Below are positions 9,408-18,757 of a stretch of DNA of 64,000 nt, piece after piece (the stretch's first letter is position 1; each line of letters begins with the position of its first letter). The DNA is taken from assembly GCA_965249275.1 (NCBI GenBank), contig CBDFLQ010000007.1, positions 128,001 to 192,000 of the forward strand, written 5' to 3'. This DNA comes from Dehalococcoidia bacterium (GTDB lineage: Bacteria > Chloroflexota > Dehalococcoidia > Plut-88900). The position numbers and the translations under genes are program-made. Under the pieces are notes generated by a model. It searched no databases. It had not been told where the DNA came from and saw nothing but the letters and a program-made list of their open reading frames with translations.

Positions 9408-10864
9408 CCCCTCCCCACAAACGGCATCTTCGTAGCCTACCCCCCATTCCGTGCCTAAAACACAGGTGGGGGGTCTCTTGTCCCTAGTATTTCCCTAGAA
9501 ATCATCCCTAGCCCTTTTTGGGCCTTTACGCGAATTGGCCCTCCCCCCGGCGTCCCAAGCCATGCCGCAAATCGTCGAAACCTACAGACGGCGCCGGTCG
9601 GGTTTCGATACCAGGCGGTCGGTCGATGAACGGGGGAGAGGGCCAACTCTCCAAAACAAGGGGAGGGGGCCGCTATCAACTGCCCTCCCCGCGATCATTC
9701 TACACGATAGACCGGCAATCGCGATAGACCGGACAACCTTTTCCCCACCCGCAACCCCGGCATAGGCGGAACAATCAGACGGGGAAAGGTAAACGTTGAT
9801 ATCGCCGCCTTGCTAGCGAGTCTAAACAATGAGCAAGGCAAATGGGATTCTCAGTAATGGGAATGGAGAAAATATGATGGGTTGTACCAGCCGGAAGCAG
9901 GGGGGATTCCCCCATGGGTAGGGATGGGTGGGGCATGTCCTGGGGTATGGAATCCGGTACGGGGCCATACCCCATCCCCTCAACTCCTTCATCTTCAGCT
10001 CCCCAGCCCGTATAGGAGCCAAACGTGCCGGTCACTCCCTGTCACAATCGTCGCGGCCTCTTGTGCAGTGAAAACAAGTCGCGGCAAGGATTGAGTTTGC
10101 TGGCGTGAATCCATACCCGCCATTTTCAGCACTCACCACAGGGTGGGCAATGGCGTCCGCGCACCCGGTTTGCTGAACGTGTCAATATCAGTTGAACAAT
10201 GACGTTAACAACACTGTAACTAGAGAACCTACCGCTGCGCTAACGAGGCTAGTACATACCATTGTCAAAACTGGGCTATTGCGTTTCAGTCTTGCGAGGT
10301 ACCGGTGTTCCAATTCATAAAGCCGGTCTTCGCCCTCGGGCGTTATTCCTTGGGCAGTCAGATTCACAACCTCGCCTCCATTCTTAGTGAAAGGTAGTAA
10401 ATAGCCCGCGTCTACGAGAAACCTAAAGGTGGTGATAAGTTGGTCTATTTCGTGTCTTTTGACGTATGTCCTGTTTAACCATTGCACCCCCTCCGAAGAA
10501 TCCCCGGCGTAAAGCATAATGCTCCCGTGGTCTCTGACTACCCTCAAAATGTCTAGTTCGGTGTTCCTCTTTGGCATAATTCTCTCGACGATTCTCTGCT
10601 GTTCCTAGGTCATTTTTGTCCTGTTCTTCAAAGGGCCCCCCGGAATGGCGTTACCGGAGGGCCTTCTAGGTCTTTTGGTATGCCTAGCTTGTGACCCAAA
10701 GGGGGCAGTCGAAGGGCAAGAATCAATTGCCCCTCAAATTATAATCGCACCCCACACCCCGCTGGCTGATTGAAGCTCACGAGGGGTCGGGCGAGGCTGG
10801 GTTATCATCGAAGATTGCCGAGCAGAAATATTAACCCCTCCCCACAAACGGCATCTTCGTAGCC
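9408..10864. mobile_element. Integrase-less islet bounded by a 30-bp direct repeat of the SDR gene 3' end
   Basis: CCCCTCCCCACAAACGGCATCTTCGTAGCC is identical at 9408-9437 and 10835-10864. Confidence 0.65.
10188..10577 (-). CDS. Hypothetical protein (possible winged-helix N-terminus, C-terminal TM helix)
   Basis: 129-aa ORF, lower GC than its neighbours, ITPEG motif, hydrophobic C-terminal tail. Confidence 0.6.
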   Translation of the reverse strand: MPKRNTELDILRVVRDHGSIMLYAGDSSEGVQWLNRTYVKRHEIDQLITTFRFLVDAGYLLPFTKNGGEVVNLTAQGITPEGEDRLYELEHRYLARLKRNSPVLTMVCTSLVSAAVGSLVTVLLTSLFN

Positions 10865-11589
10865 ATGATGTTCATGAAAAGCACGTTGGTGTCCAATGGC
10901 AGATTCGCAATGAAAAGCACAGCCTCCGCCACCTTCTCCACATCAAAGGTCGGCTCCACCATCCGGCTCCCGTCCGGCTGAGGCACCCCCTTCGACATCT
11001 TCGCAGTCATCTCCGTCACCGCGTTGCCAATGTCTATCTGGCTGCAGGCGATGTCGTATTTCCTCCCGTCCAGAGCCGTCGATTTCGTCAATCCCACCAT
11101 CCCGTGCTTTGTAGCCGTGTAAGGCGCGGAGTTTGGCCTCGGGGTCTGGGCGGATATCGACCCGTTGTTGATTATCCGACCCCCCATCGGCGTCTGCTCC
11201 TTCATCATCCTGAACGCCTCCTGCGTGCAGAGGAATGGCCCCGTGAGGTTTGCATCGACTACCGTCTTCCACTGCTCATAGGTCAGGTCTTCCAGCGGGC
11301 GCCCCGGGGCCCCGACCCCCGCGTTGTTAAATAGCACGTCCAGCCGCCCGAATGCCTCCTTCGTCTTGGCAAACAACTCCCTAACCGCTTCCGGGTCTCC
11401 TACGTCTGTCCTCACCACTATGGCATTCTTCTCCTCTTCTCCTACCTGTTCCCGCGTCTTCTCCAACAGTTCCGCCCGACGTCCGGCCAGCGCTACCGAC
11501 CAACCGTCGTTCAGCAACGCCAATGCACTGCTCTTCCCGATTCCCGTCCCCGCACCCGTGATTATCGCGACCTTGCCCGTGGAACTCAT
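10831..11589 (-). CDS. Short-chain dehydrogenase/reductase
   Basis: [17 protein letters not shown]. Confidence 0.92.
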   Translation of the reverse strand: MSSTGKVAIITGAGTGIGKSSALALLNDGWSVALAGRRAELLEKTREQVGEEEKNAIVVRTDVGDPEAVRELFAKTKEAFGRLDVLFNNAGVGAPGRPLEDLTYEQWKTVVDANLTGPFLCTQEAFRMMKEQTPMGGRIINNGSISAQTPRPNSAPYTATKHGMVGLTKSTALDGRKYDIACSQIDIGNAVTEMTAKMSKGVPQPDGSRMVEPTFDVEKVAEAVLFIANLPLDTNVLFMNIMATKMPFVGRG

Positions 11590-11644
11590 TTACATAACCT
11601 CCGAAGTTAGCCTTGTGAAACGACATAACGATAGAACTGGCTGT

Positions 11645-11673
11645 TTGCCATCTCCGACTGCCGACGATAGTAT
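11645..11673 (+). promoter_or_regulatory. Putative sigma70-type promoter
   Basis: TTGCCA-17 bp-TAGTAT upstream of ATG 11708. Confidence 0.35.
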
Positions 11674-11707
11674 ATCCGCAAGCCGAATCCCTTTCGAGGA
11701 GCGCAAC

Positions 11708-12859
11708 ATGAACGATTCCATCACCTACGTCGATGTCGACGGCCACATCCTCGAACCACCCAACATGTGGCTCGACTACATAGAGCCCGAGTACCGTGAC
11801 GGCGCCGTCCAGATTCTACTCGACGATAAGGGCCTGGAATATCTGAGCGTCGCCGGGGCGACCTCATGGTTCATGCAGGGTGGTGTCCTCGGCAACATTG
11901 CCGGCATTGGACAGGACGTCCGGGAGCACCTAACGCCCGGCTCCATCACCTACGAAGAGTCCCTGCTCCCCGGCGGCTATGACCCCCACGAGCGTATCAA
12001 GATCATGAACGAGGAGGGCATCGACGTCTCGATCCTCTACCCCTCCCTGGGCCTCTGCTGGGAAGACGTATGTTCCGACCCCAAGCTCGCCGCCGCCAAC
12101 TGCCGCGCCTATAACAACTGGATGATCGACTTCTGTCGCCCCTATCCCGACCGTCTCCACGCCGCCGCCCACATCCCCGCCCTGGACGTCGAGGAAGCGG
12201 TGAAGGAGCTTAGGAGGGTGGCAGGTCTGGGCGTCAGGTCGGCCATGCTGATCTCCGCCGCCCCCGACGGCCTCGCTTTCGGCAACCCACGCTTTGATCC
12301 CCTCTGGGCCGAGGCCCAGGAGATCGGCATCCCCATCTCCTTCCACCCCACCGGCAGCTTCACGTCCATCGGAAACCGCTTCTACCCCACCCCCGAAGAT
12401 TCATCGGTCTGGTGGGTCTACGTCGTCGCCTCCGACGAAGTCAAATACCAGTACACGTCCCTGCTCGGCGACGGCGTCCTGGAGAAATTCCCGGAACTCA
12501 AAATCGTCTTACTGGAGTCGGGGGTCGGGTGGCTCGCCTTCTGGATCGACCGCATGGACCAGAAATACGAGGTCAACGGCTTCACAACTCCTATGAAGAT
12601 GCTGCTCAGCGAGTATTTCCAGAGGCAGACCTGGATTGCCATAGAACCCGACGAACGCCTGGCCCAATTCAGCATCGAAACCCTCGGCGCGGACAAGTTC
12701 TTCTGGGCCTACGACTATCCTCACTCGGACTCAGTGACCGAGCCGCTCAGCAAGCTAAAGGAAACCCTAGCCCCCCTCCCCGAAGCCTCCCAGCGCATGG
12801 TCGCCGGCGAAAACGCCATCACCCTCTACGATCTTAAGGTGGGGGCAATACAAAGCTAA
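11708..12859 (+). CDS. Amidohydrolase_2 family protein
   Basis: DVDGHILEP, EEGIDVSILYPS, YNNW, ESGVGW, DYPHSD. Confidence 0.9.
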   Translation: MNDSITYVDVDGHILEPPNMWLDYIEPEYRDGAVQILLDDKGLEYLSVAGATSWFMQGGVLGNIAGIGQDVREHLTPGSITYEESLLPGGYDPHERIKIMNEEGIDVSILYPSLGLCWEDVCSDPKLAAANCRAYNNWMIDFCRPYPDRLHAAAHIPALDVEEAVKELRRVAGLGVRSAMLISAAPDGLAFGNPRFDPLWAEAQEIGIPISFHPTGSFTSIGNRFYPTPEDSSVWWVYVVASDEVKYQYTSLLGDGVLEKFPELKIVLLESGVGWLAFWIDRMDQKYEVNGFTTPMKMLLSEYFQRQTWIAIEPDERLAQFSIETLGADKFFWAYDYPHSDSVTEPLSKLKETLAPLPEASQRMVAGENAITLYDLKVGAIQS

Positions 12860-14045
12860 GCTGAGGGCTAGAAAATCCACTCTGTTTTCACTATAGCCAC
12901 TGGAGGAACCGAACAGCCGTACTTTACACCAATGGTTTCAGTTGATGCTTTATCGGCTGTACGGTGGGCTTTAATCAATTCTGGTATCGAGGTGCCTGAT
13001 GGTGGTTGTAGAACGATCTTCTCGATCTTGACTGAAAGTTCGTATGAGTCTGGAAATAGAGATAACCCAAACTTAGATAATCCACCCAATGTTATTACGA
13101 TGAGTTCCATCAACAATTCGGGGGGAATGTCAGATTCCTCTGGTTGCACCATATCTCTGAGTTGCGGGTGGATGCTCCGACTTCCCAAGTCATAGACCCG
13201 CAATTCTGCAATATGCCCTGTATTGTCAGCGAGGTCTTCGATTTTGGGGCGCTCCCAATAGGACCCATGAGCTTTAGGTGATTTGTTTTCAAAGTACTTC
13301 GCCCGTATGAGCCCCATCATTTACTTGGATGCTTCTAAATCGCATTTGCTGTAAGTATTTCGCAAATCAAAGTCGTTAAGACCTTTTCCAGCCCGATGAT
13401 AGACTTCTGAATAGAAGGCTTTGGCAAAGGCTTCATACTGATTATTGGTCTCGATGTGTCTGAGGGTCATCTCTCTTTCCAATAGCATCCGATAATTCGC
13501 AAATGCATCAGAAAAGCTACCCAGAGCTAATGAGAGGCAAGATAACCGTGCCAAACTAACTCCTCGAGCCATCATGCTGGTCACAGCCCATCCCTTGCTT
13601 TGGGCCACGTCGTCTGCTTGGTGTATCAGAGTTATTCCTTGCATTGTTAAATCCGAAATTAGTGCCAACTGTGTGTATTTTGGTGAGTTCCACACAGTTT
13701 TCCAGTTTTCTTCATCGACAGCCCAAGAGTTAAATACATTCATTAGCAGGTATTGCATCAAGGGAGATTCCATCATGCCGGCTAACTGCTCTTCAATTTC
13801 ATCGTTCTTTGATATGTCCATTCTCCCTTTTGATTCTTCGGATTTTCTCATTTATGTGACCTTTGAAATAAGTTCTGATTTGCCGCGGTTGCAGCATAGC
13901 ACGCGCTCTGTAATTGCCCTCGTGGTTACCAACAGGCAAGCTCAAAGACACCCTTGCCCCCCTCCCCGAAGCCTCCCAGCGCATGGTCGCCGGAGATAAC
14001 GCCATCGCCCTCTACGATTTAAAGGTAGGTGCCGCACGGGTTTAA
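12750..14045. mobile_element. Low-GC islet bounded by a 110-bp diverged duplication of the amidohydrolase 3' end
   Basis: 12750-12859 matches 13936-14045, with a 38-bp identical core; the intervening 12860-13935 is markedly AT-richer. Confidence 0.65.
12868..13851 (-). pseudogene. DUF5677/HEPN-like protein split by an in-frame TAA
   Basis: ORFs 13321-13851 and 12868-13320 abut in the same frame; RMLLE and YDLGSRSIH motifs resemble DUF5677. Confidence 0.55.
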
Positions 14046-14209
14046 CGTAAGGGCAGGGCAATCCGTTCGCCCTAATGCTCTCGAAGGGTCGAGCGGGGGG
14101 AGCCCGTCAAAGGGTCTACCGAGCAGATTTGGGGGCGGGGTAATCCGTTCGCCCTGAGCCGAGTCGAAGGGTCTCCCGAACGGATGGGTGTGGGGGTACA
14201 AACCCTCCA
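14046..14209. repeat. Cluster of REP-like palindromes (CCGTTCGCCCTGAG...TCGAAGGG family)
   Basis: Two units at about 14063 and 14144 between convergent genes. Confidence 0.7.
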
Positions 14210-15349
14210 CTACTCAATAAACCCGTAGAGCTTACCCGCATTCGTACGAGTGATCTTTTCCCGTGCCCCGGCAGGAACACCCGCCAGATTCTCCTCAATG
14301 GTGGCCAGGGAGTCGGGCCAGACGCCGTCCGGGTGCGGGTAGTCGGAGCCCCAGATGATGTTGTCCTCTCCCATAAGAGGCACCATGCCCGGATCGATGG
14401 TCTCCTTCTGGTAGGTGGAGAAGCCCTGCCTGAGCCAGAACTCGCGGGGCGTCATCGATAAGTTCAGGTGATAGAAGCGGTCCTCGTACTCATGGTCCAT
14501 CCTGTCCAGCACGTAGGGTAGCCAGCTCACCCCGCTCTCACCCAGCACGAACCTCAGCCCCGGGTGCCGATCGCACGCCCCCGAGAATATGACGCTCGCC
14601 AGGTACTCCACCCCCGATAGCTGGAACATTGTGATCCGTACCGCCTTGTATCGCCTCTCGTACTCTTCCGCCTCTTCAGGGTCCGGCTGCCGAGGCGTGA
14701 ACCCGACAGTGTGGAAGGATATCGGGGCCTGCGTCTCCTCCGCTGCTTCCCATAACACGTCCCAGTCCTCGTGGTACATCGGCTTACTCGCCGAGGCCAC
14801 TGCAAAGTCCGCCCCCCGCAGTCCCAGCCCCGAGGCCCTTCTGAGCTCCGATGCCGCTTCCGCAGGATCATGGTTGGGAATGCAGGCCAGCGCCCTGAAT
14901 CGCTCGGGGTTCGACTTGCAGAAGTCCGCCGCCCAGTCATTGTAAATGCGATAGACCAGGGACATCGCCTCGGGGTCCTTTAGGTTCAGCCCGACCCCAA
15001 GGATGCCGTATATGACCTCCGCCTCCACGCCGTCCAGGTCCTGGTCCTTCGCCCTGAGCTCCGGGGTGGTTGGGTGAAACAACCCCTTTGCCCCGTCCTC
15101 GTAGAAGCCCAGCGATATCATCCGGTCCAACCGTTTGGACCAGCCCTTCTCCACTTTTTCACCCGTGAACCCCAGCCCCCCGACCCCTCCCAGCTCAATC
15201 CCGTTCGCCCTCCACGATTTTCCCCGCTCGTCCTCCACCACCCGGGGCATCTTCGCCGCCATGTCGGCGGGGGCATTTGAAGCGAACAGGTCGCCCGGCA
15301 GCCAGGTCAAATCAACGTGAGAGTCCCCTGAGATAATCGTATACTCCAT
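14210..15349 (-). CDS. Amidohydrolase_2 family protein
   Basis: SGDSHV, DLDGVEAEVIY, YNDW, ESGVSW, GSDYPHPD. Confidence 0.9.
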   Translation of the reverse strand: MEYTIISGDSHVDLTWLPGDLFASNAPADMAAKMPRVVEDERGKSWRANGIELGGVGGLGFTGEKVEKGWSKRLDRMISLGFYEDGAKGLFHPTTPELRAKDQDLDGVEAEVIYGILGVGLNLKDPEAMSLVYRIYNDWAADFCKSNPERFRALACIPNHDPAEAASELRRASGLGLRGADFAVASASKPMYHEDWDVLWEAAEETQAPISFHTVGFTPRQPDPEEAEEYERRYKAVRITMFQLSGVEYLASVIFSGACDRHPGLRFVLGESGVSWLPYVLDRMDHEYEDRFYHLNLSMTPREFWLRQGFSTYQKETIDPGMVPLMGEDNIIWGSDYPHPDGVWPDSLATIEENLAGVPAGAREKITRTNAGKLYGFIE

Positions 15350-15469
15350 CGCACTCATCCCTCCCAATCGTCGCTAGTTGCCCCGCATATGTCCTAGGCC
15401 ACCACAATCCGATCCACTGGATTATATACAATCCCGCCCGAGCATACTCGTGAGCTTACAACATCATCT

Positions 15470-15770
15470 CCCGCAGGGGCGATTCCCGAATCGCCCTCCC
15501 CCTAACCTCAGCGAAAGTCCACCCTGACAGCTTAAAGAACGCGTGGAATATCGTGGGAGGGGAAGTCCAGTCCCTCCTCCCTCGATTAGACCTTTGCATA
15601 ACCTGTGTAGGAGGGACGTGGGGCCGCTCGTGCCGAGGCTCTCGAAGTATGAGCGGGGGTGTTAGGCGATCTGGACAGAACGACATGTGAGATCTGCAGC
15701 TACACAAAGCTCCCCCGGTCGGCCGCGGGTGCGCCTCTGTCGCGAAGGGATTGAGGGGGAGGGTGTTTCG
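15470..15770. repeat. Mosaic of REP-like repeats
   Basis: GCAGGGGCGATTCCCGAATCGCCC; AGACCTTTGCATAAC end; GGGGCCGCTC...GAGCGGGG unit; 22-bp insertion at 15722-15743. Confidence 0.65.
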
Positions 15771-15828
15771 AGAACCCCAATCAGAACCATTCGCAGCCGC
15801 GCATCGGCCTCATGGGGAAAAGGGGTGA

Positions 15829-15880
15829 TAAAAAAGAAGAGAAAAAGAAGGGGCCTCTCCCGACACGAGAAGCCCTCTTC
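15829..15880 (-). terminator. Intrinsic terminator of the RRM gene
   Basis: GAAGAGGGCTTCTC...GAGAGGCCCCTTC hairpin followed by a U-rich tract on the minus strand. Confidence 0.7.
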
Positions 15881-15905
15881 AATTAGCGGTCAGTTAGGGG
15901 TTTGG

Positions 15906-16184
15906 TTACCAGGAACGTCGGTTGTTCGAAGGCGCACGGTTGGCCCGGGGCCTCGCTTCGTTTACTGTCACGTTGCGACCGTCGATTGCGGTGCCGTTCA
16001 GCCCTTCGATAGCTGACCTTGCGGCAGAGTCGTCACCAATTTCAACGAAACCGAAGCCGCGGGAACGGCCCGTCTCCCTGTCCGTGATGACTACGGCGTC
16101 GTCGATGGTGCCGTAAGGCGCAAAGGCCTCCCTCAGATTTTCTTCCCGAGTGTCGTAGTTTAGGTTTCCTACGTAAATCTTCAT
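15906..16184 (-). CDS. RRM RNA-binding protein
   Basis: RNP2 IYVGNL and RNP1 RGFGFVE. Confidence 0.95.
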   Translation of the reverse strand: MKIYVGNLNYDTREENLREAFAPYGTIDDAVVITDRETGRSRGFGFVEIGDDSAARSAIEGLNGTAIDGRNVTVNEARPRANRAPSNNRRSW

Positions 16185-16466
16185 AGCGGTTCTCCTTATT
16201 TTTGTATCCGTCGATTGCTGGAGGAACCGCCGGCGCTCAGTGTGTCGGTCCGAGGGGGCAGGGGTAACTCTCGATATCTCTGGACTCCAGTATTATACAC
16301 CACATAGCAATAACGCGATCAATATCCCGGACACTGCCTCGTATTGCGCTAGTTTGCCACTCGAAAAGTGACACCATTTACTCTTTCAACATACCGGGTA
16401 CAATTGACTCCCGTGCAAAGGACTCACGAAACAAATTAACCCACACGAGATTAATAGGAGGCCCCA

Positions 16467-17306
16467 ATGCCCAGCAGAATGTCTATAGGCAACGCCGAGC
16501 TCGTCGGAGTCCTCGACATGATTCCCCCCACCCGGGACCCCACCGCCTTCTTCAACACAACCACCCGTCACTCCTGGGCCCCTTACGCCGATGATGTTCT
16601 CGAAGAAGGCCGGCTCCAGCTCTATTTCGGCTGCTTCTTCGTCCGCACCCCTGACAAATGCGTCCTGGTCGACACCGGCATGGGCCCCGGCCCCCACCCC
16701 GACCGCGAGAACCGCACCGGCGACCTTATCAACCAGCTCAAGGGCCAGGGCCTCCAGCCCGAGGACGTGGACATCGTCGTCCACACTCACCTCCACCCCG
16801 ACCACGTAGGCTGGAACCTCCATTTCGAAAACGGCGAAGCAATCCCCTTCTTCCCGAACGCCGAGTACCTCGTCCCCCAAAAGGACTGGGACCACTTCAC
16901 CGACCCGGAAAACCTGAAGTCGGCGTCCTACGTTCGGGACTACGTCGTCCCCCTTGAGAAGCTCGGCTGCATGAGACTCATCGACGGGGAGGCCGCCGTC
17001 ACCGACCTGATTTCCACCCTCCCCACCCCCGGCCACACCCCCGGACATCAGGTAATCCTCATCACCTCCCAGGGCGAGAAGGCCATGGTAGTCGGGGACG
17101 TGCTGCACAATGTGGTCCAGGTCCAGGAACCCGAGTGGTGCCCTCGCGTCGACATCAACAAGGACGACAGCCGTAGCAGCCGGGAAAAAATCCTCTCTAA
17201 AGCCGAAAACGAGGGCTACACCATAGCCGCCGGCCACTTCCACCCTGACCGCCACACCGGCCGCATAGTCCGCATGTCCGGCCGCCGCTACTGGCAAGCC
17301 TTGTAG
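16467..17306 (+). CDS. Metallo-beta-lactamase fold hydrolase
   Basis: THLHPDHVG, PGHTPGH, GDVLH. Confidence 0.9.
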   Translation: MPSRMSIGNAELVGVLDMIPPTRDPTAFFNTTTRHSWAPYADDVLEEGRLQLYFGCFFVRTPDKCVLVDTGMGPGPHPDRENRTGDLINQLKGQGLQPEDVDIVVHTHLHPDHVGWNLHFENGEAIPFFPNAEYLVPQKDWDHFTDPENLKSASYVRDYVVPLEKLGCMRLIDGEAAVTDLISTLPTPGHTPGHQVILITSQGEKAMVVGDVLHNVVQVQEPEWCPRVDINKDDSRSSREKILSKAENEGYTIAAGHFHPDRHTGRIVRMSGRRYWQAL

Positions 17307-17399
17307 TTACTCTTTGGACACACCTCTGCTGGCTCCCATGGCGGGAGACAGGGGCCAATCGTGCTGACGTAGATCCGCCGAGGCATGACCTCCGTATAA

Positions 17400-17500
17400 C
17401 TGGGGGTGGTGGGGCCGCTCGTGCTGAGGCTCTCGAAGTATGAGCGGGGGGCTCCTATCCCCTCTTCCTCGACGGGAGAGGACTAGGGTGAGGGTGATCG
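17400..17500. repeat. REP-like pair (GGGGCCGCTC... and CCCTCT...GGGAGAGG..TAGGGTGAGGGTG)
   Basis: Both units recur many times in the window. Confidence 0.7.
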
Positions 17501-17557
17501 TAAACTTGCAATAACCGCAACGAAAAAGTTGCAATGCTCCGAATTGGAGACACCACC

Positions 17558-18520
17558 TTGGAAAAAATCCTCGTAACCGGCGCCGCAGGCCAAATAGGCT
17601 CCGACCTCGTCCCCGAGCTCCGACACCTCTACGGCAACGACAACGTTATCGCTGCGGGCCACGTCACCCCCCTGCCCGAGGACATCCGAGCCTCAGGCCC
17701 TTGCATCACCCTCGACGTCCGGAGCTACGAAGACGTGGAACGCGTCATCAAGGAGTACGGCATCACCGTCATATACCATCTCAGCTCCCTGCTCTCCGTC
17801 CTCGCTGAGGCCAACCGACCCCTCGCATACGCCGTCAACTTCACCGGCAACTTCAACATCCTCGAAGCTTCCCTGTCCAACGGGGTCAAGAGAGTCAACC
17901 TGCCGAGCTCTATCGCCGTCTTCGGCGCAGACGCCCCCAGCCTCCACACACCCAACGACGTATCCCTGAACCCGACATCCCTCTACGGCGTATCCAAGGT
18001 CTACGGCGAGAATATGGGCACCTACTACCGGCACCTCGGCCTCGACGTGCGCGGCACCCGGCTCCCCGGCATCATAAGCTGGAAAACCGAGCCCACCGCC
18101 GGAACCACCGACTACGCCGTCGCCATCTTCTACGGCGCAATCTCCGAGGGCCGCTACACCTGCTACCTCCGCCCTGACACCGCCCTCCCCATGATGTACA
18201 TGCCCGACGCCATCCGCTCCCTCATCCTCCTCGACCAGGCCGACCCCTCCCGCCTAATTCACTCCGCCAACTTTAACCTCACCGCCTTCTCCTTCACCCC
18301 CGCTGAGATCGCCCGCGAGATCGAGGCGCGCGTCCCCGGCTTCCAGATCGACTACAAAGTAGACCCCTTACGCCAAGCCATCGCAGACTCGTGGCCCGAC
18401 TCCATAGACGACTCCCCCGCACGCGACGAATGGGGCTGGAAACCCGAATACGACCTACCCACCATGGTCGACGACTTGCTAGCCAACCTCCGCCCCAAAC
18501 TCATGGCCGGTCTCCCGTAA
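17558..18520 (+). CDS. L-threonine 3-dehydrogenase-like NAD-dependent epimerase/dehydratase
   Basis: TGAAGQIG, PSSIAVFG, YGVSK, GTTDYA, MMYMPD, RQAIADSWP; start could also be ATG 17534. Confidence 0.85.
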   Translation: MEKILVTGAAGQIGSDLVPELRHLYGNDNVIAAGHVTPLPEDIRASGPCITLDVRSYEDVERVIKEYGITVIYHLSSLLSVLAEANRPLAYAVNFTGNFNILEASLSNGVKRVNLPSSIAVFGADAPSLHTPNDVSLNPTSLYGVSKVYGENMGTYYRHLGLDVRGTRLPGIISWKTEPTAGTTDYAVAIFYGAISEGRYTCYLRPDTALPMMYMPDAIRSLILLDQADPSRLIHSANFNLTAFSFTPAEIAREIEARVPGFQIDYKVDPLRQAIADSWPDSIDDSPARDEWGWKPEYDLPTMVDDLLANLRPKLMAGLP

Positions 18521-18521
18521 A

Positions 18522-18682
18522 GAGACCTTTGCATAAAACGTCCCGGAGGTGCCGGGGCCGCTCGTGCTGAGGCTCTCGAAGTATGAGCTGAGGTCCAGTC
18601 CCATCTACCTTGATGGGAGAGGGCTAGGGTGAGGGTGATTCCTGGCTCACAAAATGCACGCTTGAAATTTTGTATAGGTCTC
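18522..18682. mobile_element. MITE-like element with IS5-type ends enclosing REP units
   Basis: GAGACCTTTGCATAA ... TTTTGTATAGGTCTC imperfect terminal inverted repeat; no ORF. Confidence 0.6.
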
Positions 18683-18757
18683 CGTGGCGGTGCGCTTACC
18701 CCTCCCCGTAGGGGCGACCGGCCGGTCGCCTTCCCTGCCGTCAGCCCCCTACCCCCC

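Noticed and set aside
10092-10113. Possible micro-insertion copy (GGATTCACGCCAGCAAACT, minus strand)
   Set aside because: Only the first half matches the consensus; too degenerate to count.
12750-14045. 110-bp repeat pair as the VR/TR of a diversity-generating retroelement
   Set aside because: Mismatches are not confined to adenines of one copy, they are mostly synonymous, and no reverse transcriptase is present in the window.
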